Origin: an uncultured Bacteroidales bacterium
GTDB lineage: Bacteria; Bacteroidota; Bacteroidia; Bacteroidales; JBBRXJ01
Length of the DNA stretch: 37,738 nt
Assembly (NCBI GenBank): GCA_964606415.1
Contig: CAZSGN010000002.1
Location: 1-37,738, forward strand
Direction: 5' to 3'
The position numbers and the translations under genes are program-made. Position 1 is the first letter of the stretch; each line of letters opens with the position of its first letter. Positions 7,344-16,075 of this stretch are shown piece after piece. Under the pieces are notes generated by a model. That model ran no database searches. It saw only the letters and a list, made by a program, of their open reading frames with translations, and was not told the origin of the DNA.

Positions 7344-8450
7344 ATGAATAAAAAATATATACAAAGCCTTTTTATATTATTATTTACAGCGCTTTCAAAT
7401 TTATCTGCACAGCAAATCGGGCCAAATATATCCTTTGAAAAGACCGTGCATGATTTCGGTCAAATAGAAGAAGAAGAAGGCCAGGCAACTTGCCGTTTTG
7501 AATTTATCAATACCGGCAATGAGCCTCTTATTATTAATAATGTGAGGGCCTCTTGTGGCTGCACTGCTTCCAAATGGACCAAAAAACCAGTAACCCCCGG
7601 AGAAAAAGGTTTTATCAAGGTTACTTACGATCCCAAAAACAGGCCCGGTAATTTCATGAAATCCATCAGTGTAAAAACCAATGCAAATGAAAAAAAATCC
7701 GAAATACTCAAAATCAAAGGCACTGTAATTCCCAAGCCGGAAACGCTTGCCCAACAATACCCCAGTGACATGGGACGACTAAGGCTTAAATCCAATCATT
7801 TGGGTTTCGGAAAAGTTTATAAAAATCAGGAGAAAACGAAAACGCTTGAGGTTATTAACTTTTCAGATAAAAACCCCATCAATGTTTCCTTCTCCAATGT
7901 CCCGGACTATATAGATATCAAAATAACCCCGGAAAAACTCAAACCAAAAAGTAAAGGAACGATTGAAGTCACATATAATGCTAAAAAAGTCAATGACTGG
8001 GGATTTGTAATCAATCGTATCAAAGTTGTTATTGATGATCAAAAAGATCAAAAACACCGTTTTACGATTAGCGCAAATATCACAGAAGATTACTCGAACT
8101 TAACACAAAAAGAACGCGCCAATGCGCCAAGAATCAAGTTCGACAAAGAAACTCATGATTTTGGGGACATACCGCAAAACAAAAAAGCCTCATCTAAATT
8201 TGAATTTACCAATACCGGTAAAACAGATTTAAAAATCAGAAAGATCAAATCAACCTGCGGATGCACCGTTGTTGAGCCTAAAGACAAGATACTTGGCCCC
8301 GGAGAAAGCAGTAGTCTGAAAGCAACATTTACACCGGGTAACCGAAAAGGCATCCAGAATAAAATCATCACCATCATTACCAATGACCCTTATCAATCTG
8401 TTAAGCGACTGTATTTAAAAGCAAATGTTGATCCTAAATTGGATCAATAA
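7344..8450 (+). CDS. DUF1573 domain protein (three tandem Ig-like modules; CGCT motif in the first and last)
   Basis: Signal peptide. The N-terminal module is nearly collinear with the 6784 product (HDFGQI...RASCGCTASKWTKKPVTPGEKG). The C-terminal module carries HDFGDI...KSTCGCTVVEP. Confidence 0.85.
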   Translation: MNKKYIQSLFILLFTALSNLSAQQIGPNISFEKTVHDFGQIEEEEGQATCRFEFINTGNEPLIINNVRASCGCTASKWTKKPVTPGEKGFIKVTYDPKNRPGNFMKSISVKTNANEKKSEILKIKGTVIPKPETLAQQYPSDMGRLRLKSNHLGFGKVYKNQEKTKTLEVINFSDKNPINVSFSNVPDYIDIKITPEKLKPKSKGTIEVTYNAKKVNDWGFVINRIKVVIDDQKDQKHRFTISANITEDYSNLTQKERANAPRIKFDKETHDFGDIPQNKKASSKFEFTNTGKTDLKIRKIKSTCGCTVVEPKDKILGPGESSSLKATFTPGNRKGIQNKIITIITNDPYQSVKRLYLKANVDPKLDQ

Positions 8451-8478
8451 AAAAAGCCGGCAAATGCCGGCTTTTTTT
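8451..8478. terminator. Bidirectional intrinsic terminator between convergent genes
   Basis: aaaaa-GCCGGC-aaat-GCCGGC-ttttttt: a perfect GC stem flanked by an A-run and a T-run. Confidence 0.8.
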
Positions 8479-8502
8479 ATTGATATAATTCCAAAATTTT
8501 AA

Positions 8503-9486
8503 TTACTGTGTTTCAATTAATTTTCTCACCATCTCGTTTTTGCCTATCTTAATCCGCAAAAAATAGACACCAGCGGAATGGCCTAATTCACGGGCGCTGA
8601 AAGCATGATCATAATCACCCGGGGAGAGATATTTATTTTGTAACTTAGCAACTGGGTTTCCAATCATATTAAACACAGCTATTTCAACTTTCTCAGATTT
8701 ATCCAGCGTATATCTTATAAAAACCTTATCTGTATATGGATTGGGGCCAATTGAAAGCTTATAGTTTTGCCCGGAAACTTTATCAAGGGAGTTACTCTCC
8801 TTTAACCGGTTATCTTCCAAATTGGAAATTGACTGGCTAAAAGGCCCTGAAGAAGCTTTAAATGAACTAATCGTTTCATTCAAATCAATGGTGTCCGGCA
8901 GAGGAATACTTACGGCGTAATAGTATAAAGAATCAAACACATCACTTGCAGTATCCCTGATAAAACTCAGGTTATCCTGAAAAGGAATTCGCATATATTC
9001 CTTTAAATCAGTAGAATCAGTGCTTCTATAAACGATAACTTCCTGACCTTGAAAATAAGAACTTAAATCCATATTCTCCATATCATAAAACTGAACATTC
9101 AAACCAAAAGTATCAGGATCAGCAATATACTTTTCAATAAACATAGTCTGATGATAATTGCTAACAACTGAATCACCTGTAGTTAAATGAACTTTAATGC
9201 GGTATTTATAAGACTGGCTTGAAGGGTCTGAAGTTTGATCAATAAATTGAGGATTTTCCGAGGGCCCCTGGCTATATATCTTTTGAAAACCATCACCATC
9301 CGTATCATTCCGGTAGATATCAATACTTGATACGGAAGAAGCCAATAAAGCATCCGGATTTTGCCAAACCACCATGTTTTTCCAGGTAGCAGTATCTATT
9401 GTAACAATAAAAGGCAACTGTTGTTGTGCAGAAAGTGAATAAAAAAGAAAACCTAAAAGACCTAAACAAAGTATTTTTTTTCTCAT
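8503..9486 (-). CDS. Secreted hypothetical protein with a T9SS type A C-terminal sorting domain
   Basis: Signal peptide MRKKILCLGLLGFLFYSLSAQ (ATG at 9486 preferred over 9543). C-terminal LSIGPNPYTDKVFIRYTL...GVYFLRIKIG...KLIETQ is a typical T9SS CTD. Confidence 0.8.
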   Translation of the reverse strand: MRKKILCLGLLGFLFYSLSAQQQLPFIVTIDTATWKNMVVWQNPDALLASSVSSIDIYRNDTDGDGFQKIYSQGPSENPQFIDQTSDPSSQSYKYRIKVHLTTGDSVVSNYHQTMFIEKYIADPDTFGLNVQFYDMENMDLSSYFQGQEVIVYRSTDSTDLKEYMRIPFQDNLSFIRDTASDVFDSLYYYAVSIPLPDTIDLNETISSFKASSGPFSQSISNLEDNRLKESNSLDKVSGQNYKLSIGPNPYTDKVFIRYTLDKSEKVEIAVFNMIGNPVAKLQNKYLSPGDYDHAFSARELGHSAGVYFLRIKIGKNEMVRKLIETQ

Positions 9487-9611
9487 ACGCTTAAATGTTT
9501 TTATAATTTTAAAACAAGTTATAACATTTTGATTATATATCATAAAAATCGAAATGCTTTTTTCAATTTTTCTTATCTTTACGACAATGAATAATCATTT
9601 GAAACCTTGAG

Positions 9612-12152
9612 ATGAAGTACACACCCACCATATTCTTCTTTCTTTTTTATTTAACTTTTAACTCCTATACCCAGGATAAAGTTGACAGTCTCCAATACCA
9701 ATTAAAAGATGCCGATGGTAAAGAAAAAACAAAAATCTACCTGGCACTTGCCGAAGCTAACGCGGAAAATAATTTCGAGGAAAGCATTAATTACAGCAAA
9801 GAAGCTCTTAATCTGGCACAAAAACAAAAAGACAAGCAATTAATAGCCAAAAGCTATCAAAAAATGGGGCAATCATATTATTATGATTATCAAAATGACA
9901 AGGCCATTGAGTATTACAAGAAAAGCCTTGATATACTAAAAGAAATAGATGACAAAAAAGGAATGATCTTTTCGCTAAATCATCTTGGGCTGACCCATTA
10001 TTTCAATAATGATTTCTCCAAATCCAAATCTTATCTTGAACAAGCAATAGCCTTAAATAAAAACGATCGTTTCCCTGAAGAAAAAGCTTTTTCTTATCGT
10101 TACCTGGGGCGAACGATTAATAAAACCGGTGACGCTAAAAAAGCAATGGACTATTATAAAAAAGCGCTCGGAATCTATCAGGATATTGACTCAAAAAAAG
10201 GGATTGCAGGCATCAGAAACAGCATTGGCTTAATCTATTTTGGCTGGGACCAATATGACTCAGCTATTGCTCAATATAAAATATCGGCCAAACTCAGAGA
10301 AACCTCCGGCGATCAAAAAGGCGCCGGAATAGCACTGGTCAATACCGGCAATGTCTACTGGCGCTGGGGGAAATACGATCAAGCCATCAGCAACTACCAG
10401 GAAGCTTCAAAAATATTTGAAGAGATTGGCTTCAAAAATGGCATTGCAAGTTGCCTTAATAATATCGGCCTTATATATGAAAATCTAACGAAAGGCTCTT
10501 TAACTGCAGCAAATCTAAAGAATTTCAAAAAAGCGATGCAATACCATCAAGAAGCGCTGAAAGTAAGAAAAGAGCTGGGTGATCAGTTGGAGATAGCCCA
10601 TTCGCTTAATAATATTGGCACTGTTCATATCAAAATACAAGAAAATAAACTAAAAGAAAAATTTGGCCAGAACTGGCGCGATTCTGTTCCCAAACTTAAA
10701 AAAGAAGAAATACCTCATTTCCATCAGGCACGGGAAAATTACCAGGAAGCCTACAACCTTTTCGAGGATGCCAATTATAAAGCTGGCATTGCCAAAGCCT
10801 TAAACAATTTAGGGCGGGTCCATGCATACCTCCAACAAAACAACAAAGCATTGCAAAACCTGGAACGGGCACTTCAAATTAGTAAAGAACTAAATAATCA
10901 ATATGAACTGGCTGTCAATTATTTTCAAATCGGCATTGCCCAAAAGCAAAAAGGGAATTATCAAAATGCACTGGAAAAATTAAATAAAGCACTGGACATC
11001 GCGAACAGAAACAACCTTAATGAATTCCGGAAATCTGCCTATGAGAACATCTCCGAAATCTATGAAGCTCAAAATAATTATCAATCTGCACTACACGCCC
11101 ACAAGCGCTTCATTGACGTAAGAGATAGTATTTTCAACCAGGAAAATGCCAAATTCATTGAAGAACTACAAACCAAATATCAAACAGATAAAAAAGAACA
11201 AGAGATCAAAATCCTGAATCAGGAACAAAAACTTAACGAACAACAAATCAGACAACAAAGATTATTCCTCTACGGTGCTATTGTCATCGTAATTGTTATA
11301 GGTGGCTTTTTGCTATTGGTTTTCAGACAAAACAATCAAATTAAAAAAGCCTATCAACTACTGGAAGAACGAAATACTTTAATCTCGAAACAAAAAGAAG
11401 AAATTACTGACAGCATCCACTATGCCAGCAGAATACAAAGAGCGGTCTTGCCTCAAACCAAAATGCTGGAAAAAAATCTTAATGACTTTTTTATTCTCTG
11501 GCGCCCGCGGGACATTGTCAGTGGTGACTTTTACTGGTTCACCGAACATCAGAACAAATTAATTATAGTTACGGCTGATTGCACCGGCCATGGGGTGCCC
11601 GGGGCTTTCATGAGCATGCTGGGTGTTTCCTTCCTGAATGAAATTCTATCCAGACATAAAGAAGTCCATGCAGAACAAATATTAAACGAATTGCGGGACC
11701 AGGTAATCAACTCCCTGCATCAAACAGGAAAAACAGGAGAAAGCTCTGATGGTATGGATTTGGCTCTTTATATCATGGACAGGGACAATATGAAACTTGA
11801 ATACGCCGGGGCAAACAACCCCCTGGTTATTATACGCAACAAGGAAATCATCCAATACAAAGCGGACAAAATGCCGATTGGCATCTATATAAAAGCAGAC
11901 ATCCCTTTCAAACGCCACGATATTGATATCCAGGAAGGCGATTGCATTTACACTTTTTCAGATGGTTACCAGGATCAATTTGGGGGCAAAGGAAAAAAAT
12001 TCATGATCAAACGAATGAAAAGCATGTTATTGGAAAATCATGATAAACCAATGACAGAACAAAAAGCGCTATATGATAAAACCATTGTTGACTGGATGGG
12101 CGAAGAATTCGAACAAATTGACGATATCCTTTTGGTGGGTGTACGGGTATAA
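9612..12152 (+). CDS. TPR-repeat / single-TM / PP2C-type (SpoIIE family) protein serine phosphatase
   Basis: N-terminal signal/anchor and many TPR-like repeats (A..Y..AL.I pattern). Coiled coil, then TM LFLYGAIVIVIVIGGFLLLVF. C-terminal SpoIIE/PP2C motifs SRIQRAVLP, SGDFYWF, ADCTGHGVPGAFMS, FSDGYQDQ, DDILLVGVRV. Confidence 0.9.
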   Translation: MKYTPTIFFFLFYLTFNSYTQDKVDSLQYQLKDADGKEKTKIYLALAEANAENNFEESINYSKEALNLAQKQKDKQLIAKSYQKMGQSYYYDYQNDKAIEYYKKSLDILKEIDDKKGMIFSLNHLGLTHYFNNDFSKSKSYLEQAIALNKNDRFPEEKAFSYRYLGRTINKTGDAKKAMDYYKKALGIYQDIDSKKGIAGIRNSIGLIYFGWDQYDSAIAQYKISAKLRETSGDQKGAGIALVNTGNVYWRWGKYDQAISNYQEASKIFEEIGFKNGIASCLNNIGLIYENLTKGSLTAANLKNFKKAMQYHQEALKVRKELGDQLEIAHSLNNIGTVHIKIQENKLKEKFGQNWRDSVPKLKKEEIPHFHQARENYQEAYNLFEDANYKAGIAKALNNLGRVHAYLQQNNKALQNLERALQISKELNNQYELAVNYFQIGIAQKQKGNYQNALEKLNKALDIANRNNLNEFRKSAYENISEIYEAQNNYQSALHAHKRFIDVRDSIFNQENAKFIEELQTKYQTDKKEQEIKILNQEQKLNEQQIRQQRLFLYGAIVIVIVIGGFLLLVFRQNNQIKKAYQLLEERNTLISKQKEEITDSIHYASRIQRAVLPQTKMLEKNLNDFFILWRPRDIVSGDFYWFTEHQNKLIIVTADCTGHGVPGAFMSMLGVSFLNEILSRHKEVHAEQILNELRDQVINSLHQTGKTGESSDGMDLALYIMDRDNMKLEYAGANNPLVIIRNKEIIQYKADKMPIGIYIKADIPFKRHDIDIQEGDCIYTFSDGYQDQFGGKGKKFMIKRMKSMLLENHDKPMTEQKALYDKTIVDWMGEEFEQIDDILLVGVRV

Positions 12153-13170
12153 AATAAACAATTCTTTCACCCGGATTCTATTCCTGGCTTTTCTTATTCT
12201 TTTTTACTCTTCAGGATGCGGAAGAAAAACCGATATGAAACTCGGGGTTGTTTTTGATACCTACCAAACTGATCGCTGGCAACGTGACAAAGCAATAATG
12301 AAAGAAATTGCTGATCAAAAAGGCATTCAACTCATGACAGCCGAAGCACAGGGAGATCCCTTTATACAATATGCACAAGCCAGAAAAATGATCAAAAATG
12401 GAGTAGATGTATTAATCATTATTGCTGTTGACCAAGACCTGGCTTCGCATATTGTAAATCTGTCAAATAATCATCATATACCGGTTATTGCTTATGACCG
12501 GCTAATAAATGATGCCAACCTGGACTATTACATATCTTTTAATCCAAGAGACATAGGGCATCTACAAGGCTCCTATTTCAAAAAACAAAAACCAAAAGGA
12601 AAATACATATTGATTAACGGGCCACGCTCAGACAATAATTCTACAAGAATACATCATGGACAATTAGAGGTTTTAAAAGAAGCAGACTCATCCGGATACT
12701 CAACAAATATTCTTTACCAGACATACTGTTCAGAATGGTCCGAATATCAGGGCTATCATCATATTCTAAACTGCATTGAAGCCTATGGTGCAAATTTTGA
12801 TGTCGTTATTGCAGGTAATGATCAAATTGCCCAGGGGGTGATCAGGGGGTTAGAAGAATATCAATTTCAACATGTATTGATTGGCGGACAAGACACCGAT
12901 TTGTCTTCCATTCGCTTTATATTAGATGGCAGACAAACCATGACGATCTTAAAACCAATCAGGAAAATTGCAGAAAAAGCCATTAATGCAGCAATAAGCC
13001 TTCATCATGACACTTTACCGGATCGTTTAATTAATCATCAGACAGACAACAATAAAGCAATGGTGCCAACTTTTTTCTTAAAGCCCATCATTGTAGATAA
13101 AGAGAACATTTTTCATGTTGTTAAAAAATATAAGCTAATAGATGAACCAATTAAAAATTTCGTCGAATAA
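12139..13170 (+). CDS. XylF-like periplasmic sugar-binding protein (type I PBP), predicted lipoprotein, without partner transporter genes
   Basis: Blocks DRWQRD, AYDRLINDANLDYYISFNP and GGQDTDLSSIRFILDGRQTMTILKPI parallel E. coli XylF as I recall it. Lipobox LFYSSGC. In-frame GTG at 12139 is preferred because it gives a 26-aa lipoprotein signal; the alternative ATG at 12073 would overlap the upstream gene by 80 nt. Confidence 0.8.
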   Translation: MYGYKINNSFTRILFLAFLILFYSSGCGRKTDMKLGVVFDTYQTDRWQRDKAIMKEIADQKGIQLMTAEAQGDPFIQYAQARKMIKNGVDVLIIIAVDQDLASHIVNLSNNHHIPVIAYDRLINDANLDYYISFNPRDIGHLQGSYFKKQKPKGKYILINGPRSDNNSTRIHHGQLEVLKEADSSGYSTNILYQTYCSEWSEYQGYHHILNCIEAYGANFDVVIAGNDQIAQGVIRGLEEYQFQHVLIGGQDTDLSSIRFILDGRQTMTILKPIRKIAEKAINAAISLHHDTLPDRLINHQTDNNKAMVPTFFLKPIIVDKENIFHVVKKYKLIDEPIKNFVE

Positions 13171-14447
13171 TGCAGTCACATGCCTTGTATATTCTGATCA
13201 TCCTTATATTTACATTTTTTCAGTCTACAAATAGTCAAGAAAGCAAAGACAGTACAGGAAAAGTTGATATTTTCCCCCTGCCCGTCATTGGGTATTCAGA
13301 AGACAGAGGAATAAAATACGGAGGGATGCTCGGCCTCTACCACTATTCAAAAGACCAACCAAAATCTGAATACAGAAATAAACTGGAGATTGAAGCAAGC
13401 AGAAGCACCAAAGGCAATCATTATTATTCGCTGGAACATCAATACAGAAATCTCCCAAAAGGTTTTAAATTATTCAACTATATCATCTATGACAAGAATA
13501 ATACTGCCCGTTTTTTCGGATTTAACAGCCAAACCCCTATTATGCAGGGACAGGATTTTGACCGTGCTTATTTCTCTTTCAACCGGCAAACATTTAAGGT
13601 ATCAAACAAATTTCACCTATTGATCATCCCCAGGCATCATATTTATCTTACCGGAGGACTCATTTATTATAACGCGAACATTTCTCCAACCAACCTGGAA
13701 AAACTCCCTGCTACATACTCAAACGACACGACCACCCTTTTCGATGAATACATTAAGCATTTAATTATACCAAAAGATGAAGTTAACGGTGGACAATCAT
13801 TATACGCGCAAGCAGGCCTGCTGATTGATAACAGAGAAAGACCTGTTAATCCCCAACGTGGCTACTTTTCGGAGATTATTTTCATTGCAGGACAAACAGA
13901 TCATACCATAAATAAAAATTTTATTAAAGCAAGTTTTACTCATCAACATTACCTTCCACTAATAAAAAACCGGTTAACAGGAGCCATCCGGATGAGCTAT
14001 CAACCACTCCTTGACGGAAAATTACCTTACTACATGCTGCCTGTCTTTTATAGTTCTATTCAGAATATTGAAGAATTAGGAGGCGAGAACACACTCCGGG
14101 GAATGAATCAAAACAGAATTCTTTCTGATGGCTTTCTCCTGAGTAACCTGGAACTTCGGTTAAGCCTTTGGGATCATACATTATTCAATTATGCTTATCA
14201 AACTTTTCTTGTATTATTTAGTGACATCGGCTTAATTACCCAGGAATACAATTATCCCCAACACCTATTACCCCCAACAATCAAACAAAACATATCAAGC
14301 AATCAATCACCTTATTACCAAACAATTGGAGCCGGGGCTTATGTTGTAATCAGGGAAAATATGGTTGCCAAAGCAGATATAGGAAAGGAAATTGACGCGC
14401 CATATCCTAACTGGTATATTTCTACCGGAATGCGCTTTTTGTTTTAG
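13170..14447 (+). CDS. Omp85/BamA-TamA family outer-membrane beta-barrel without POTRA domains
   Basis: Signal peptide, the surface-antigen (D15) motif LGGENTLRGMNQNR, and a C-terminal aromatic ...GMRFLF. The start overlaps the upstream stop (TAATG at 13168..13172). Confidence 0.75.
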   Translation: MQSHALYILIILIFTFFQSTNSQESKDSTGKVDIFPLPVIGYSEDRGIKYGGMLGLYHYSKDQPKSEYRNKLEIEASRSTKGNHYYSLEHQYRNLPKGFKLFNYIIYDKNNTARFFGFNSQTPIMQGQDFDRAYFSFNRQTFKVSNKFHLLIIPRHHIYLTGGLIYYNANISPTNLEKLPATYSNDTTTLFDEYIKHLIIPKDEVNGGQSLYAQAGLLIDNRERPVNPQRGYFSEIIFIAGQTDHTINKNFIKASFTHQHYLPLIKNRLTGAIRMSYQPLLDGKLPYYMLPVFYSSIQNIEELGGENTLRGMNQNRILSDGFLLSNLELRLSLWDHTLFNYAYQTFLVLFSDIGLITQEYNYPQHLLPPTIKQNISSNQSPYYQTIGAGAYVVIRENMVAKADIGKEIDAPYPNWYISTGMRFLF

Positions 14448-14552
14448 AAAAATATCTTTTTTTTAATAATTGCCTGAATAAAGAAAACACACGGACGGCT
14501 TATTTGCTGAAAATTATTTTATAAATTTACAGTATTATAAATGCAAGGATAG

Positions 14553-14960
14553 ATGAAACAATTAATAAGAAAAACAAGTAAAGAAACAAATTACTATCCC
14601 TTCATTGATTTTAATCCGGACACAGGAAAATGGATTATTTCCGGGGAATCATACATGGAAAACCCCTGTGATTTTTATGCTCCTGTCATTGAATGGGTCA
14701 AATCATTCATTGAAACCAAGGAAACACCTATTCATTTAAAAATACAACTAAACTATTTTAACACAAGCACGACCCGTTGTCTCCTCTCTATATTTAACTC
14801 AATAAGAAAACATAAGGAGATGGGAAAGACATACCGGATACAATGGGAATTAGAAGATGATGATCCTGGTTTAATTGAAGAAATAGAGGATTTACAAGTC
14901 GAAGCCAACGTTAAAATTAATATTATTGAAAAAAACAAAAGGGCTAAATACAATCACTAA
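14553..14960 (+). CDS. SiaC-like regulatory phosphoprotein (DUF1987 family), paralog 1
   Basis: 135 aa. GESYMENP...FYAPVIEWVKSF...LKIQLNYFNTSTTRCLL parallels P. aeruginosa SiaC (GDSYPEN...LLYLNTSS) as recalled. It is collinear with the paralog at 30016..30405. Confidence 0.75.
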   Translation: MKQLIRKTSKETNYYPFIDFNPDTGKWIISGESYMENPCDFYAPVIEWVKSFIETKETPIHLKIQLNYFNTSTTRCLLSIFNSIRKHKEMGKTYRIQWELEDDDPGLIEEIEDLQVEANVKINIIEKNKRAKYNH

Positions 14961-15013
14961 TTCATAACCTCAAGAATATTTATATGCAAATAACCAACTT
15001 CAAAAACAAAAAA

Positions 15014-15589
15014 ATGAGGATTAAAAACTTATTTATCCTGATTCTCGTCCTGCCTCTTTTAAGCAGTTGCGGCTACAATAAAATGGTCACCCTGGATGAA
15101 CAAATAGCTGCCCAGTGGGGACAGGTTGAAAATGTTTACCAGCGAAGAGCAGACCTGATTCCGAACCTTGTAAATACAGTAAAAGGGTATGCTGATTTTG
15201 AGAAAGAGACGCTTACAGAAGTTATAGAAGCCCGCTCAAAGGCTACATCTGTTAATGTAGATCCAGATAAACTGTCGCCAGGTTCAATCCAACAATTTCA
15301 GCAAGCTCAACAGGGATTAAGCTCAGCCTTGAGCAGGTTAATGGTTGTGGTCGAGCGATATCCTGAATTAAAAGCAAACCAAAACTTCCTGGATCTACAA
15401 GCTCAACTGGAAGGCACAGAGAACAGGATTAGTGTTGAGCGGCGAAAATACAATGAAGCGGTTCGCCAATATAATACTTATATCCGCAGTTTCCCGAGAA
15501 ATATCCTTGCCTCCATTTTTAATTTTGAAAAGAAAGGCTATTTTGAGGCTGACGAAGGCGCATCTAAAACCCCAGAAGTAAACTTTTAA
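15014..15589 (+). CDS. lemA: LemA family protein (lipoprotein/anchor)
   Basis: MRIKNLFILILVLPLLSSCGYN, then LDEQIAAQWGQVENVYQRRADLIPNLVNTVKGYADFEKETL, typical of LemA. ATG at 15014 is preferred over 14984. Confidence 0.9.
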   Translation: MRIKNLFILILVLPLLSSCGYNKMVTLDEQIAAQWGQVENVYQRRADLIPNLVNTVKGYADFEKETLTEVIEARSKATSVNVDPDKLSPGSIQQFQQAQQGLSSALSRLMVVVERYPELKANQNFLDLQAQLEGTENRISVERRKYNEAVRQYNTYIRSFPRNILASIFNFEKKGYFEADEGASKTPEVNF

Positions 15590-15590
15590 C

Positions 15591-16025
15591 ATGGAAGCAA
15601 TAGACAAGTTCACCCCCGAAGAACGAAAACGTATTACCAACGCCATAGAAGAGGCCGAACTGGATACATCCGGAGAAATCAGGGTGCATATTGAAAATCA
15701 CTGCAAAGGTGAAGTACTGGATCGTGCAGCCTTTTTATTCAAAAAACTAAAAATGCATCAAACCCTCTTAAGAAATGGCGTTCTGATTTACCTTGCATTA
15801 AAGGATCACCAATTTGCCATATTGGGTGATGCCGGCATTAATGAAAAAGTACCGGAGGGATTCTGGGACGATATCAAAGATAAAATGCTGAAACATTTCC
15901 GTGAAGAAAATTACACCCAGGGCCTTGAAGAAGGCATCCGTGATGCCGGCAAACAGCTTAAAGAACATTTTCCCTATCAAAAAGATGATATCAATGAACT
16001 AAAAAATGATATTTCTTTTGGCTGA
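15591..16025 (+). CDS. TPM (TLP18.3/Psb32/MOLO-1) domain protein, soluble form
   Basis: GEIRVHIE...NGVLIYLALKDHQFAILGDAGI is a TPM-domain pattern. The gene lies immediately after LemA (2-nt gap), the usual LemA-TPM arrangement. Confidence 0.8.
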   Translation: MEAIDKFTPEERKRITNAIEEAELDTSGEIRVHIENHCKGEVLDRAAFLFKKLKMHQTLLRNGVLIYLALKDHQFAILGDAGINEKVPEGFWDDIKDKMLKHFREENYTQGLEEGIRDAGKQLKEHFPYQKDDINELKNDISFG

Positions 16026-16075
16026 TAATCACCTTTCACAGTGATACATGCTTAATGTAAAAAAAAACAAAAACC

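Noticed and set aside
12073-12138. ATG at 12073 as the start of the XylF-like gene
   Set aside because: It would overlap the phosphatase gene by 80 nt and add a non-signal-like leader ahead of the lipoprotein signal. GTG at 12139 is preferred, but this is not certain.
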